In this document: piece after piece, positions 38,837 to 49,101 of the stretch
Layout: every line of letters starts with the position of its first letter
Position numbering within the stretch: position 1 is the first letter of the stretch
IMG/VR virus record: IMGVR_UViG_3300027816_000052
Coordinates: 124,001-188,000 of that record
Reading direction: 5' to 3' (one strand)
DNA: 64,000 nt
Position numbers and translations under genes: made by a program
Notes under the pieces: model-generated
Databases searched by the model: none
What the model was told of the DNA's origin: nothing
The model's input: the letters and a program-made list of their open reading frames with translations, nothing else

Positions 38837-38844
38837 TTATTAAA

Positions 38845-40683
38845 ATGGCAGAAAGAAGAATAAATTATACCGATAGAGATTTTGTTGCAATAAGACAAGA
38901 TTTAATTAATTATGTTAATACGTATTATCCCGACTTAATTAGCAATTTTAATGATGCTTCGGTATTTTCTGTTTTAATGGATTTAAATGCTGCTGTCACA
39001 GATAACTTACATTTTCATATTGATAGAAGCATACAAGAAACGGTATTACAGTATGCGCAACAAAAATCATCAGTTTTTAATATCGCAAGAACTTACGGAT
39101 TAAAAATACCGGGTCAAAGACCTTCTGTTGCGCTCGTTGATTTTTCAATTACGGTTCCAGTTTTTGGTGATAAAGAAGATGAAAGATATTTGGGAATATT
39201 AAGAAGGGGAAGTCAGGTATCGGGTGCGGGACAAATTTTTGAAACCGTTCACGATATTGATTTTGCGTCACCTTTTAATAATGAAGGGTTCCCAAACAGA
39301 TTAAAAATTCCAAATTTTGATGCAAACAATATTCTTATAAATTATACCATAGTTAAAAGAGATGTTGTTGTTAATGGTATCACAAAGGTGTTCAAAAAAG
39401 TTATAACAAATGCTGATGTTAGACCATTTCTTGACTTATTTTTACCAGAAAAGAATGTTTTGGGTGTTACATCGGTTATTCAAAAAGATGGTGTATCATA
39501 TGCTAATGTTCCTTCAGTACAAGAATTTCTTGGTACTTCAGGAAGATGGTATGAAGTTGATGCTCTTGTTGAAGATAGAATTTTTATCGAAGACCCAACA
39601 AAACCATCAGACCAACCCGGAATTAAGGTTGGAAAATACATAACAACAAATCAACGATTTATAACAGAATTTACCCCTCAAGGATTTTTGAAAATGACAT
39701 TTGGTGGTGGTAATGTAAGTGCTGAAGAGCAACTTAGGGAGTTTACCAGATTAGGAACTCCGCTTAATATACAAAAATATCAAAATAATATGGCGTTAGG
39801 TTCCGCACTAAAACCTAACACAACATTATTTGTTCAATATCGAGTTGGTGGCGGTTTATCAACGAATTTAGGTGTTAACGTAATCACACAAGTTAATACA
39901 GCAAATTTTGCGGTTAACGGTCCATCACAAAGTGTTAATACCTCAGTTATAAATTCATTAAGATGTTCAAACGTTACCGCAGCTATTGGTGGAGCAAATG
40001 CACCAACATTAGAAGAGGTTAGGAATTATGTTTCATTTAATTTTTCCGCACAAAATAGAGCGGTAACAATAAGCGATTATGAAGCATTAATTAGAAAAAT
40101 GCCGGGACAATTTGGCGCACCAGCAAAAGTTGCAATTGTTGAGGAAGATAATAAAATTAAGGTTAAAATATTATCATTTGATTCTTCGGGTAAATTAACA
40201 CAAATAGTTTCAAATACATTAAAAAATAATTTAGCTAATTATTTATCGAACTATAGAATGATAAATGATTATGTTTCAATTGAAACCGCTGAAGTTATTG
40301 ATTTAACTGTTGATGTTTCAGTTGTTTTAGATGCAACACAAAATCAAGGTGCGGTTGTTTCTGATATTATTAATACAATAACAACTTATTTTAATCCTTT
40401 AACAAGACAACTTGGTGAAAATGCTTATATATCCGAAATAAGAAGATTGATTCAATCATTAAATGGCGTTATTACAATAACATCATTGGATTTCTTTAAT
40501 AAGGTAGGCGGACAATATTCATCAGCAGAAACATCTCAACCCTATTTGGATAACAACACCAAACAAATTCAACCGATTGATGATACACTTTTTGCAGAAC
40601 CAAAACAAATTTATCAAATTAGATATCCTCAAAAAGATATTACGGTAAGGGTTAAGAATTTTAAAGGTGTTAGCTTTTCATAA
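38845..40683 (+). CDS. gp6-like baseplate wedge protein (baseplate J family)
   Basis: YTDRDF..IRQDL, FGGG, YRVGGG, QNRAVTISDY. Confidence 0.9.
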   Translation: MAERRINYTDRDFVAIRQDLINYVNTYYPDLISNFNDASVFSVLMDLNAAVTDNLHFHIDRSIQETVLQYAQQKSSVFNIARTYGLKIPGQRPSVALVDFSITVPVFGDKEDERYLGILRRGSQVSGAGQIFETVHDIDFASPFNNEGFPNRLKIPNFDANNILINYTIVKRDVVVNGITKVFKKVITNADVRPFLDLFLPEKNVLGVTSVIQKDGVSYANVPSVQEFLGTSGRWYEVDALVEDRIFIEDPTKPSDQPGIKVGKYITTNQRFITEFTPQGFLKMTFGGGNVSAEEQLREFTRLGTPLNIQKYQNNMALGSALKPNTTLFVQYRVGGGLSTNLGVNVITQVNTANFAVNGPSQSVNTSVINSLRCSNVTAAIGGANAPTLEEVRNYVSFNFSAQNRAVTISDYEALIRKMPGQFGAPAKVAIVEEDNKIKVKILSFDSSGKLTQIVSNTLKNNLANYLSNYRMINDYVSIETAEVIDLTVDVSVVLDATQNQGAVVSDIINTITTYFNPLTRQLGENAYISEIRRLIQSLNGVITITSLDFFNKVGGQYSSAETSQPYLDNNTKQIQPIDDTLFAEPKQIYQIRYPQKDITVRVKNFKGVSFS

Positions 40684-40740
40684 TTTATATGTTGAATTAA
40701 AAATAAAATAAAATTTTTTAAAAAAAATCAATCTTTTTTT

Positions 40741-40771
40741 TTTGGATATATTTATCAAATAGGTAATTTTG
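40741..40771 (+). promoter_or_regulatory. Bacteroidota sigmaA-type promoter (TTTG-N19-TAATTTTG) with an internal TATTTATC motif
   Basis: Exact consensus spacing; TATTTATC at 40749 lies in the spacer. Confidence 0.65.
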
Positions 40772-40827
40772 CAAATATCAGTCATATTACTTATTTTTGA
40801 TAAATAAACAATTAATACAATTAAAAT

Positions 40828-41178
40828 ATGAATTTTAAAATTTCTAAAACCGAAAAACAAGCTATTTTGGAAATGTACCAAAATAAAAAAAATATTAATG
40901 AACTTATTGGTATTAAACCGGGTCCGGAATCCTCTACTGAGGATTCGTTCCAAGAATATTTAGAGATTGGTTCCACAGTTGCAAACCAGATTAATGGATT
41001 TTTTCCATTATGGGATGTTACTAAAAACAATCAGTTTATTGGTAGAATACAAATGACATTTGGTATATTTACATTTGTAAATAAAGATTTTGAACCCCGT
41101 AATTCTAAAAACGATAAAAGAATTAAAATGGCATCCTTAGAAAAATTAGTAAAATATATTGATGAAAATTATAACTAA
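40828..41178 (+). CDS. Hypothetical protein (116 aa) with a distantly leader-like N-terminus
   Basis: MNFKISKTEKQAILEMY. Confidence 0.75.
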   Translation: MNFKISKTEKQAILEMYQNKKNINELIGIKPGPESSTEDSFQEYLEIGSTVANQINGFFPLWDVTKNNQFIGRIQMTFGIFTFVNKDFEPRNSKNDKRIKMASLEKLVKYIDENYN

Positions 41179-41180
41179 AA

Positions 41181-41939
41181 ATGAAAATTATAATAACAGA
41201 AAGTCAACTTAAATATTTATATAATTTAACTGAAAGTGGTGGCATTACGTCAAAATCTAGAGTATGGACACCTATTGTTATGAAATTTTTAGATACTGAG
41301 GAAGATAAGATTATAATTTTGGGTAAAGATTACCCAGAACAATATAAAGATTTTCCAATTGATAAAATGGTTGTTACTTTAAATGGAATACCACATTATG
41401 ATGAACAAAAATCAGGTTATGATAAAAAAACAGGTTTATATACCGTTTATATAACAATTAATAGTAGCGTTTCTTTTATCCAACATGAATTTAAACACGC
41501 ATATCAAGACTTAATGCGTTATTTAAATAAATCAAAACCATTTAAAGAAAGTAATTTTATTAAAGATTTATATACACCAGATTTTGAAAAATTTGTAATA
41601 AATGTTTTTGGTGGTTCAGATAATACACTAGAATTAATTTTATATTATTATTACATTACTTCAAAAGTTGAACAAGACGCTTATTTAGAAAATATGTATG
41701 ATGACAGTGAAACACTAAATTCATTTATTAAAGATTTAAATGAAATAAATAACTTTGATTTTAATAAAAATTTATCAGAAAAAAAATGGAACGAAATAAA
41801 GAGTTCTAATATTCCATTTATTAAAAAATTTAAATCAAAGGAAGATTTTGCATCTTATAGCGAAAAACGAATCAAAGGTGAAATAAACAACTTTAAAAAG
41901 AAAATTTATAAAATGAAGGTGGTTCATAATTTAAAATGA
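41181..41939 (+). CDS. Leader-tagged protein with HExxH motif (possible zinc metallopeptidase)
   Basis: MKIIITESQLKYL leader; IQHEFKHAYQD and downstream EQDAY. Confidence 0.7.
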   Translation: MKIIITESQLKYLYNLTESGGITSKSRVWTPIVMKFLDTEEDKIIILGKDYPEQYKDFPIDKMVVTLNGIPHYDEQKSGYDKKTGLYTVYITINSSVSFIQHEFKHAYQDLMRYLNKSKPFKESNFIKDLYTPDFEKFVINVFGGSDNTLELILYYYYITSKVEQDAYLENMYDDSETLNSFIKDLNEINNFDFNKNLSEKKWNEIKSSNIPFIKKFKSKEDFASYSEKRIKGEINNFKKKIYKMKVVHNLK

Positions 41940-41959
41940 GTTATTTTCCAAATCCAGTT

Positions 41960-42140
41960 GTAATCATTTGTGATTATTTTTTACAGTTAAATGATATTTT
42001 TTTAACCAAACACCTTGTACTTTTATCACCTTTCCAAATTTCATTATCCATTTTCTTTTTTTGTATGATAATATGTATTACTAAATTTAATTGGGTTACA
42101 ATGTCAATAATCACCATAAAATTCAATTAATTTATATTTA
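41960..42140 (-). pseudogene. Decayed PD-(D/E)xK homing endonuclease relic
   Basis: Minus strand reads KLIEFYGDY*HCNPIKFSNTYYH, then a frameshift to NEIWKGD; TGA at 42104-42106 sits where Trp of EFxGDYWH is expected. Confidence 0.6.
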
Positions 42141-42205
42141 ATTTAATATAAATTGTTGTATGTTTTCTAAAAAAACATCATCAACTATTTATCGTTAAAG
42201 AAGAA

Positions 42206-45200
42206 ATGGGAAAATCGTATAGGATAAGGACTGAGCTTGGAATTAACAAACAAATACAGGTTAATTTAGAACAGGATTATGATTTTCTTGAAATTCTTTC
42301 TTTAAAATTTAGACCCGAAGAAATATATCCAAGATCTTGCGCTGATTTTGGAGTAATCACTGGTAGGGTAATAGCAAATGGTGGTTACGGTATTCCAAAT
42401 GCTAAAATTAGCGTATTTGTACCAATATCCGATGAAGACGCTTTAAATCCTGTAATATCAACTTTATATCCTTATAGAAAAGTTTCTGATGTTAACGAAG
42501 ACGGATATCGTTATAATCTTTTACCATATATAAAACAACATGCTGGTCATACACCAACAGGAACATTTCCATCCATAAATGATGTTTTGGTTGATAATAC
42601 AGTTATTGAAATATATGACAAATATTATAAATTCACGGTTAAAACAAACGAAAGTGGTGATTATATGATATTTGGAGTACCACTTGGTAATCAAACGGTT
42701 TTTATGGATTTAGATTTATCGGATATGGGACCATTTTCATTATCGCCACAAGATTTGATAAGAATGGGTCGTGCAACACAAACACAAATTGATGGTACTC
42801 TTTTTAAAGCATCAGAAAATCTTGATTCATTACCACAAATTGTAAGTGAAGTAATTGAAATATCAGTTGAACCATTTTGGGGACAAGAAGATTTATGTCA
42901 AACCAAAATTCATCGTTTGGATTTCGATTTAAGAAAATTGGGTATTGAGATTGAACCGACATCTGTTTTTATCGGTTCCATGATTTCAGATGCTGATAAA
43001 TATAAGATAAAAAGAAGATGTAAACCAGCATCTGAAGGTGGTGATTTATGTAATTTGGTTGCTGGTCCGGGAGAAATATTGGCAATAAGACAAACAATTT
43101 TTTTAGATGATAATAATCGACCAGTTTTAGAAGAGTTCAGATTAGAAAACGGTGGTAGAGTAATCGATGAAGACGGTACTTGGGTTGTTGATTTACCAAT
43201 GAATTTGGACTTTGTAACAACAAATGAATTTGGTGAAACGATATTAAGTGCTAATCCATCAATCGGTATTCCAACCTCAGCAAAATATCGATTTAAAGTT
43301 AAATGGCAACAATCTTCTGATTTATCTGAGGGAACAAAAAGAGGTTATTACTTGGTTCCAAATATACGAGAATATGGTTGGACATCATCAGATGATGACC
43401 CAGTACCAACAGCACAAGATACAAATCAACCACCATCAACAATTCCTTTTGATGTTTTAGCATCATATGCTTTTAGTTTAGATTGGAATGACTATGGTAA
43501 TACTGGGACGACAATTGGAAATCAAATGATTTTTGATGCAATTAATTGTGTTGATAAGTTTTATGTGTTTAAATACAAAAAATTATATACAGTATCACAA
43601 TTAATTGACCAATACCATAATGGTACTGGTAAACAAAGATTTATTGGAATAAAAGAAATTACTGATACGAGATGTGAAAGCGAAAATAATAAGTTTCCAA
43701 CCACAGATGGTGTAAGAAATACTAATTTATTTTATACGATATCATCAATATTTTTATTGATTATTTATTTTTTAATTTTTGGTTTATTAATACCGATTCA
43801 TTTAATAGCATTCATTTCACGATTATTTTGTAGAATTTATAATTCAATAATCATACCAGCATGTAGATTATTAAGAAGTTTAGGTTTAAGAAGAAAACCA
43901 TGTCCAGAACCAATCGAGTGTAAAGATATTTTAACCCTTAGATTACCGATGTTAACATATCCAGATTGTTCATTATGTGAAGATTGTAAATCGGATGTAA
44001 CAGATAGTAATTCAGCGGTAAATGATGAAGTCCCCGGAATTGAAGATGTGGGCAATACGGGGCTGTTGTTGGCACCAATAGATGTTACATCGGTTAATTT
44101 AAACACACCATGCCTCACCCAAGGCGATGTTGTTGATCAAAATGTTGCATTGGTTTTACAAGCCGGTAGATATTTTGGGCAACCAACTAATTCAATAACT
44201 GGAAATGCACAAGATTCTTTTAATAGTCCTTGGAGACATACATCTATGTACATAAATCGAATTGACACCGTAATTGGCTTAGGTTCTTATCTTGGGGAAG
44301 ATAGGTATTTTGCATGTGAGTTACCATTTGCTGAAAAAATTAATTTATTTAATACTAAAGCAAAATATTTTGATGGTGATTTTGGCGGTTCATTTGTTAA
44401 CGGTGGTATTGGTGGTGCAAACCAAATTAAAGTTTATGTTGAACCTAATTTAAATAATAGTGCAACAACTTACCACTTAGATAATACATATATTTTAATT
44501 GTTGATCCAGAAACTTTAGAAAATTATACGCAGGGTAGATTAGTTTCTTTTCAAGACTTTTTACTATCAAACGATTTTAATGTAACAGGAAATTCAGGTA
44601 ATTCGATTATTGGTTCTGGAAATACTGGATTAACACAAATTAATGTAACTTATGCTAATCCGCAAGACACACCTCTCGTTTTAAATCCAACACCTTTATC
44701 AACAACATATAATGTTAATTTTACCGAAGGAAGTCCAGAATATAAATACCCAACAGATATTGAGTATTTCCAAGTAATAACCGGAATGACATATACCGAA
44801 TTTATGTCAAAAGTTAATCCAAGTGGAGTTAATGATTTAGCATCAAGATATCTTAATTACATAGTTAACATTAAGCGTTCTCGTAAGTTATTTACACCTC
44901 TAACACAACTCGGTTTCCCGCCATATAATTTTACGACTTTATTACCAGTTGATTCGTCTTGCCCCCCAATTCAACCATACGGAAATTTATCAATTTGTGA
45001 TAATACAATAACGGATGTTTGTTCTTTAAGTGCAATAACAGCATTCAATAATTACCAAAATTTTGGTGTTATTATTTTAAATAGAGGTGTTGATGTTAAC
45101 ACTGAAAGGGTTAATATTAGCTATGATTTAAGTAGAATTTTCGGTTATACCACGTATACAGACAATAATATTGTAAACGGAAACTATAAACTTAATGTTC

Positions 45201-47320
45201 CAATACAACCAAATTATCGATTAGCAAATCATAATAATCTATCAAATAATGCAAATGATGGGGATTATTTTAATAGATTTATATATTATCCATCATACAA
45301 TACAGATTTTAATACCTCCTTTAGTTCTTATACAACAAATTTACACACATATTATTCTTCATTAGATTTATCATCGGTAACATCAAATTTCACAGTTAAT
45401 AATAATTATCCTTGGACGCAATTAACTGTTGGACATATTACTGTTGCTGCTGGTAGCCAATTAGAGCTAAGAACCGGTGGTCCAATCAGTTCAGCTTTTA
45501 TTGGTTGTGGTGGTTATTTTGAAACAACATTCGGCGGTAGTGATATTGGTGAATATATTGAGGGTGGTTCTTATACTTACCAAAGACCTGAAGGTTATTT
45601 TGTCTATGATCAAAATTGTGTATCAACACCCTCATCCCCCAATGCGAATAATTGCGATAATAACGAGGAAACCTTTATTTATTTTGCACCAAAATATGAT
45701 TCCGGTAACACACTAACTGTATCAGCATCAACTAGATTGGTATTTAGGTCCGATAGATTGCCAACATCAACTAATCTAGATCAGGATTTTGTTTATTTTG
45801 GCTTATTCGGTAATCAAAATAATTCTGCTCCGGGACAGCAAAATAATAACTTCTTTATTTATCTTTATGGTGAGGATTCAACAGGTGAAGGAATTGGTCA
45901 ACCTTGGTTAGATAGTGCTGTGGATGTTGAAGTTACAAGTGATGTTGATGGTAATACTATATCTGACACTCAAGATGATTATGATAATAATTCGGGTGGT
46001 CCAAATATTAGTGGTATAATTAATTCATTAAGTTGTGAATCATTGGTTGATTTAAGTTGTTATCAGAATGGAACACCAGCAACTCTTTCGGAAACAGCAT
46101 CAACAGATAATTGTAATAGGACCGGACCAAATATTGCAGTAGACAATGGTTGTTATATTTTAGTAAAAAGAGCAATACTTGATTTAAATCCTCTCCAAGA
46201 AAACAATGATTTTGCACAATTAGGTGAGTGGGTTGGTAGATTAAGACTAAATTTAGGTGCGTGTTTAGGCGTTATCTCTCATACATTCGTTAATTCATGG
46301 GTAAATGGTGTATTATATCATTTTGCAATTAAAAATAATAGATTTTTTGATAACCAAAATAATCAACCATATTCATTATATTGCTCAGATGTGGTTATTT
46401 TAGACCCAAACACAAATAACTATTATTATCGCTCATCACCTTATAATACGACTTTTAATCAATTTATTGGTAAATCTACAATTAATTCAGTACAAGATAA
46501 AAATTTATTATATCCCACAACAATTATGGATTTAGGACCATTAAATTCATACACAAATGAACTTATTTATGGTCCCGAATATGAAGGTTATGTCGCAAAT
46601 AAATTAAAACCAACATCATATCAAGATGTTACAGAAATATTACAATTATTTTTCTTAAGTAGATTAACTAACGCTAATTCATTAGCATTAGCTTTGGGTG
46701 TTGGACAAAATTCTGGCGTTGCTGCATTATTTAAAAATCAAAGAGGTGATAGTAAAAAAAGAATTGATGGTGATTATGCACAGTCAATTCAAATTAATAG
46801 CCAATTTGGTGTATTTGAGTTTTCTCCAGACCAATACAATAATTCGGATATTTACTTTGGCGGAAATGCCGATGGTGGGTTATTAGGTATTTTCTTTGAT
46901 GGTGATAACCAAAATAGAGATTTAATCTCACCGAGAAGACTCATTTTTAGTGAATCCCCATTAGTAGGTCAACAAATACCCATTTTTACTCAAAAAGTTC
47001 CATATTACAAATGGTACATAGAACCAAACACATCATTGATTTTTGGTAATCAAAATAATGATTGGTCTATGTCTATAGGTTCACATCCATATCAATTATT
47101 GGATAGAATATCTTCAGACTTTTTTAGAGGTAACGCTAATAGTGCGGAAGAATCATATAGAGGTTTTATAACAAATGTTAATCCATCTGGAACTAATATT
47201 TCGTTACTTGGTAGTAGCGGACCAAACCCAACAATAATTGGCGGTCCTTGGTATTTTTATTTTGGTTTAAAGAATGCGGCAACAGCAATCGATAAATTCT
47301 ACTTAAAATATGTTGAATAA
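42206..47320 (+). CDS. Large virion/baseplate protein (1704 aa) with an internal hydrophobic segment
   Basis: N-terminal GRVIANGGYGIPNAKISVF beta-sandwich motif; position after gp6. Confidence 0.6.
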   Translation: MGKSYRIRTELGINKQIQVNLEQDYDFLEILSLKFRPEEIYPRSCADFGVITGRVIANGGYGIPNAKISVFVPISDEDALNPVISTLYPYRKVSDVNEDGYRYNLLPYIKQHAGHTPTGTFPSINDVLVDNTVIEIYDKYYKFTVKTNESGDYMIFGVPLGNQTVFMDLDLSDMGPFSLSPQDLIRMGRATQTQIDGTLFKASENLDSLPQIVSEVIEISVEPFWGQEDLCQTKIHRLDFDLRKLGIEIEPTSVFIGSMISDADKYKIKRRCKPASEGGDLCNLVAGPGEILAIRQTIFLDDNNRPVLEEFRLENGGRVIDEDGTWVVDLPMNLDFVTTNEFGETILSANPSIGIPTSAKYRFKVKWQQSSDLSEGTKRGYYLVPNIREYGWTSSDDDPVPTAQDTNQPPSTIPFDVLASYAFSLDWNDYGNTGTTIGNQMIFDAINCVDKFYVFKYKKLYTVSQLIDQYHNGTGKQRFIGIKEITDTRCESENNKFPTTDGVRNTNLFYTISSIFLLIIYFLIFGLLIPIHLIAFISRLFCRIYNSIIIPACRLLRSLGLRRKPCPEPIECKDILTLRLPMLTYPDCSLCEDCKSDVTDSNSAVNDEVPGIEDVGNTGLLLAPIDVTSVNLNTPCLTQGDVVDQNVALVLQAGRYFGQPTNSITGNAQDSFNSPWRHTSMYINRIDTVIGLGSYLGEDRYFACELPFAEKINLFNTKAKYFDGDFGGSFVNGGIGGANQIKVYVEPNLNNSATTYHLDNTYILIVDPETLENYTQGRLVSFQDFLLSNDFNVTGNSGNSIIGSGNTGLTQINVTYANPQDTPLVLNPTPLSTTYNVNFTEGSPEYKYPTDIEYFQVITGMTYTEFMSKVNPSGVNDLASRYLNYIVNIKRSRKLFTPLTQLGFPPYNFTTLLPVDSSCPPIQPYGNLSICDNTITDVCSLSAITAFNNYQNFGVIILNRGVDVNTERVNISYDLSRIFGYTTYTDNNIVNGNYKLNVPIQPNYRLANHNNLSNNANDGDYFNRFIYYPSYNTDFNTSFSSYTTNLHTYYSSLDLSSVTSNFTVNNNYPWTQLTVGHITVAAGSQLELRTGGPISSAFIGCGGYFETTFGGSDIGEYIEGGSYTYQRPEGYFVYDQNCVSTPSSPNANNCDNNEETFIYFAPKYDSGNTLTVSASTRLVFRSDRLPTSTNLDQDFVYFGLFGNQNNSAPGQQNNNFFIYLYGEDSTGEGIGQPWLDSAVDVEVTSDVDGNTISDTQDDYDNNSGGPNISGIINSLSCESLVDLSCYQNGTPATLSETASTDNCNRTGPNIAVDNGCYILVKRAILDLNPLQENNDFAQLGEWVGRLRLNLGACLGVISHTFVNSWVNGVLYHFAIKNNRFFDNQNNQPYSLYCSDVVILDPNTNNYYYRSSPYNTTFNQFIGKSTINSVQDKNLLYPTTIMDLGPLNSYTNELIYGPEYEGYVANKLKPTSYQDVTEILQLFFLSRLTNANSLALALGVGQNSGVAALFKNQRGDSKKRIDGDYAQSIQINSQFGVFEFSPDQYNNSDIYFGGNADGGLLGIFFDGDNQNRDLISPRRLIFSESPLVGQQIPIFTQKVPYYKWYIEPNTSLIFGNQNNDWSMSIGSHPYQLLDRISSDFFRGNANSAEESYRGFITNVNPSGTNISLLGSSGPNPTIIGGPWYFYFGLKNAATAIDKFYLKYVE

Positions 47321-49101
47321 TGGAAAGTAGAAACAACACAACCGTGGTTTTAGGTTCATTGCGATATAAATCAGCAATTGATACAGATATATCATTAATT
47401 CCGCCATTTGAACAAAAACAGAAAGAATTATTAGAAACAAATAGAAATTCAGCAATTAGTTTAAATCAAATTTTTGATAATGAAAGACAACAATCAACAA
47501 ATTTTAGATTTACATTTAATGTTAAGTTTTTATACGAGAACGACTTAATTGGTAGAACTGATTATGACCCATTTTTAAATAATTTATATTATGTTAATAA
47601 TACATATCAATCAGCATGGAGCGGTTATCCCCAGAATATTGAATTTGATTTAATTAGAAATGATATCAATAATGCGCATATTAACTTTATTAGTAAAAGT
47701 GCGTCAACATATAATTGGAATTATTTTTTAAGTTATGGTTATAGTAACGACCAATCAACAACTTTACAATATGTTGATTCCACAAACACAATAACTTGGA
47801 CCGCTGGTGATGGTATTCCTGTTTTTATCGCAAGAAGCGAAATTAACGGAACTAATGTTATCCAGTTTAGAACATTTGTTAACCATAATTTAACCGCTGG
47901 TGAGTTTGTTATGTTAAATGGTTTACAGAATCAAAATGAGTTTGTTTTTAATGGAACGAATATCTATGAAGTTTATTCATTAGGAAACGGTGAGTTTGCA
48001 TCAGATGAAAAAATATTTAATGTTATTGATGTTGGGTATTCATTATCGTTGTTTAATACGCAAACCGCTTTATTTAAGCGTGTATTGGACCCAAATAATA
48101 TAAATGAAACAACTTCAAAATATTACATAAGAAAAAATAAAATATTAACCAATTTAGATGATTTAACGTTAACATATAATGGTTATCAAAATAACTCATT
48201 TAAAGATGTTAAAAAATATGAGTTTAGTGCGTTAACTCCAAATTTGGAAAGTAGAATCAGTATTAGAAATACAAATAGAACATACAACGTAACGAACGCG
48301 AATGATTTAAATATTTCAGGATTAACTGATAATAATGGTAAACCTGTAAGTGAAATCTTTTTAACGTTTATTCATAAAGGTTATATGGGTTGGTTTAACT
48401 ATCCAAATATAGCTTTACCACCACAAACACAAACAACCCCCTCAGCATTAAAAAAAGGTTGGTATTTTAACATAACAAATAATACCATTAATAGCTGGTG
48501 GGAAAATACAAATACGTTGTCGGATACAAATATTCCAACTGAGTGGTATTCAGATAGTACAAATGCTTATTATTTTTTCTATAATAAAACATTAAATATA
48601 GGTGATATTATTGACGGTGATTTTTGTGAATACAATGATTTCGAACAAAAAGAAAATATTATTTCAGAACATTATCATAAAATAAAATACAATCCAAATT
48701 TATTTGATGTTTCTTTAGGTAATCAAATAAACCAAAACAATTTACCCGGTTATTATTATCAAGCGCATTTTCCATGTAAAATAAGAGCTTTTTCACCTTA
48801 TATTGAAACAGGAACAAATAATTCTAGCACATTTTTTGAGTCAACAACTAATTACTCTGGATACACCGCTGTTGATATACCACCATATAGTTTCTACTCA
48901 ACATTCATGCAAGAATGGAGATGGAGAGATGTATATACTTATGGTTATATTGATGCTGATGAAGTTGGTGTAGATTTTCCATTTTTAAATAAAACACATT
49001 ATCCATATAATTCAATATTCTTCAGATTAATACCTGACCAAGCAAATTATTTAGGATATTCAAATGTAATTATAGACCCAGTAATTGATGAGTGTGAATA
49101 A
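47320..49101 (+). CDS. Putative virion structural protein (593 aa)
   Basis: Translationally coupled in the structural run; Asn/Thr/Tyr-rich. Confidence 0.6.
   Translation: MESRNNTTVVLGSLRYKSAIDTDISLIPPFEQKQKELLETNRNSAISLNQIFDNERQQSTNFRFTFNVKFLYENDLIGRTDYDPFLNNLYYVNNTYQSAWSGYPQNIEFDLIRNDINNAHINFISKSASTYNWNYFLSYGYSNDQSTTLQYVDSTNTITWTAGDGIPVFIARSEINGTNVIQFRTFVNHNLTAGEFVMLNGLQNQNEFVFNGTNIYEVYSLGNGEFASDEKIFNVIDVGYSLSLFNTQTALFKRVLDPNNINETTSKYYIRKNKILTNLDDLTLTYNGYQNNSFKDVKKYEFSALTPNLESRISIRNTNRTYNVTNANDLNISGLTDNNGKPVSEIFLTFIHKGYMGWFNYPNIALPPQTQTTPSALKKGWYFNITNNTINSWWENTNTLSDTNIPTEWYSDSTNAYYFFYNKTLNIGDIIDGDFCEYNDFEQKENIISEHYHKIKYNPNLFDVSLGNQINQNNLPGYYYQAHFPCKIRAFSPYIETGTNNSSTFFESTTNYSGYTAVDIPPYSFYSTFMQEWRWRDVYTYGYIDADEVGVDFPFLNKTHYPYNSIFFRLIPDQANYLGYSNVIIDPVIDECE

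Noticed and set aside
42104-42106. TGA at a conserved Trp position, suggesting genetic code reassignment
   Set aside because: Several clear genes end in TGA (6388, 7183, 29482), long ORFs are intact under code 11, and the relic also has a frameshift
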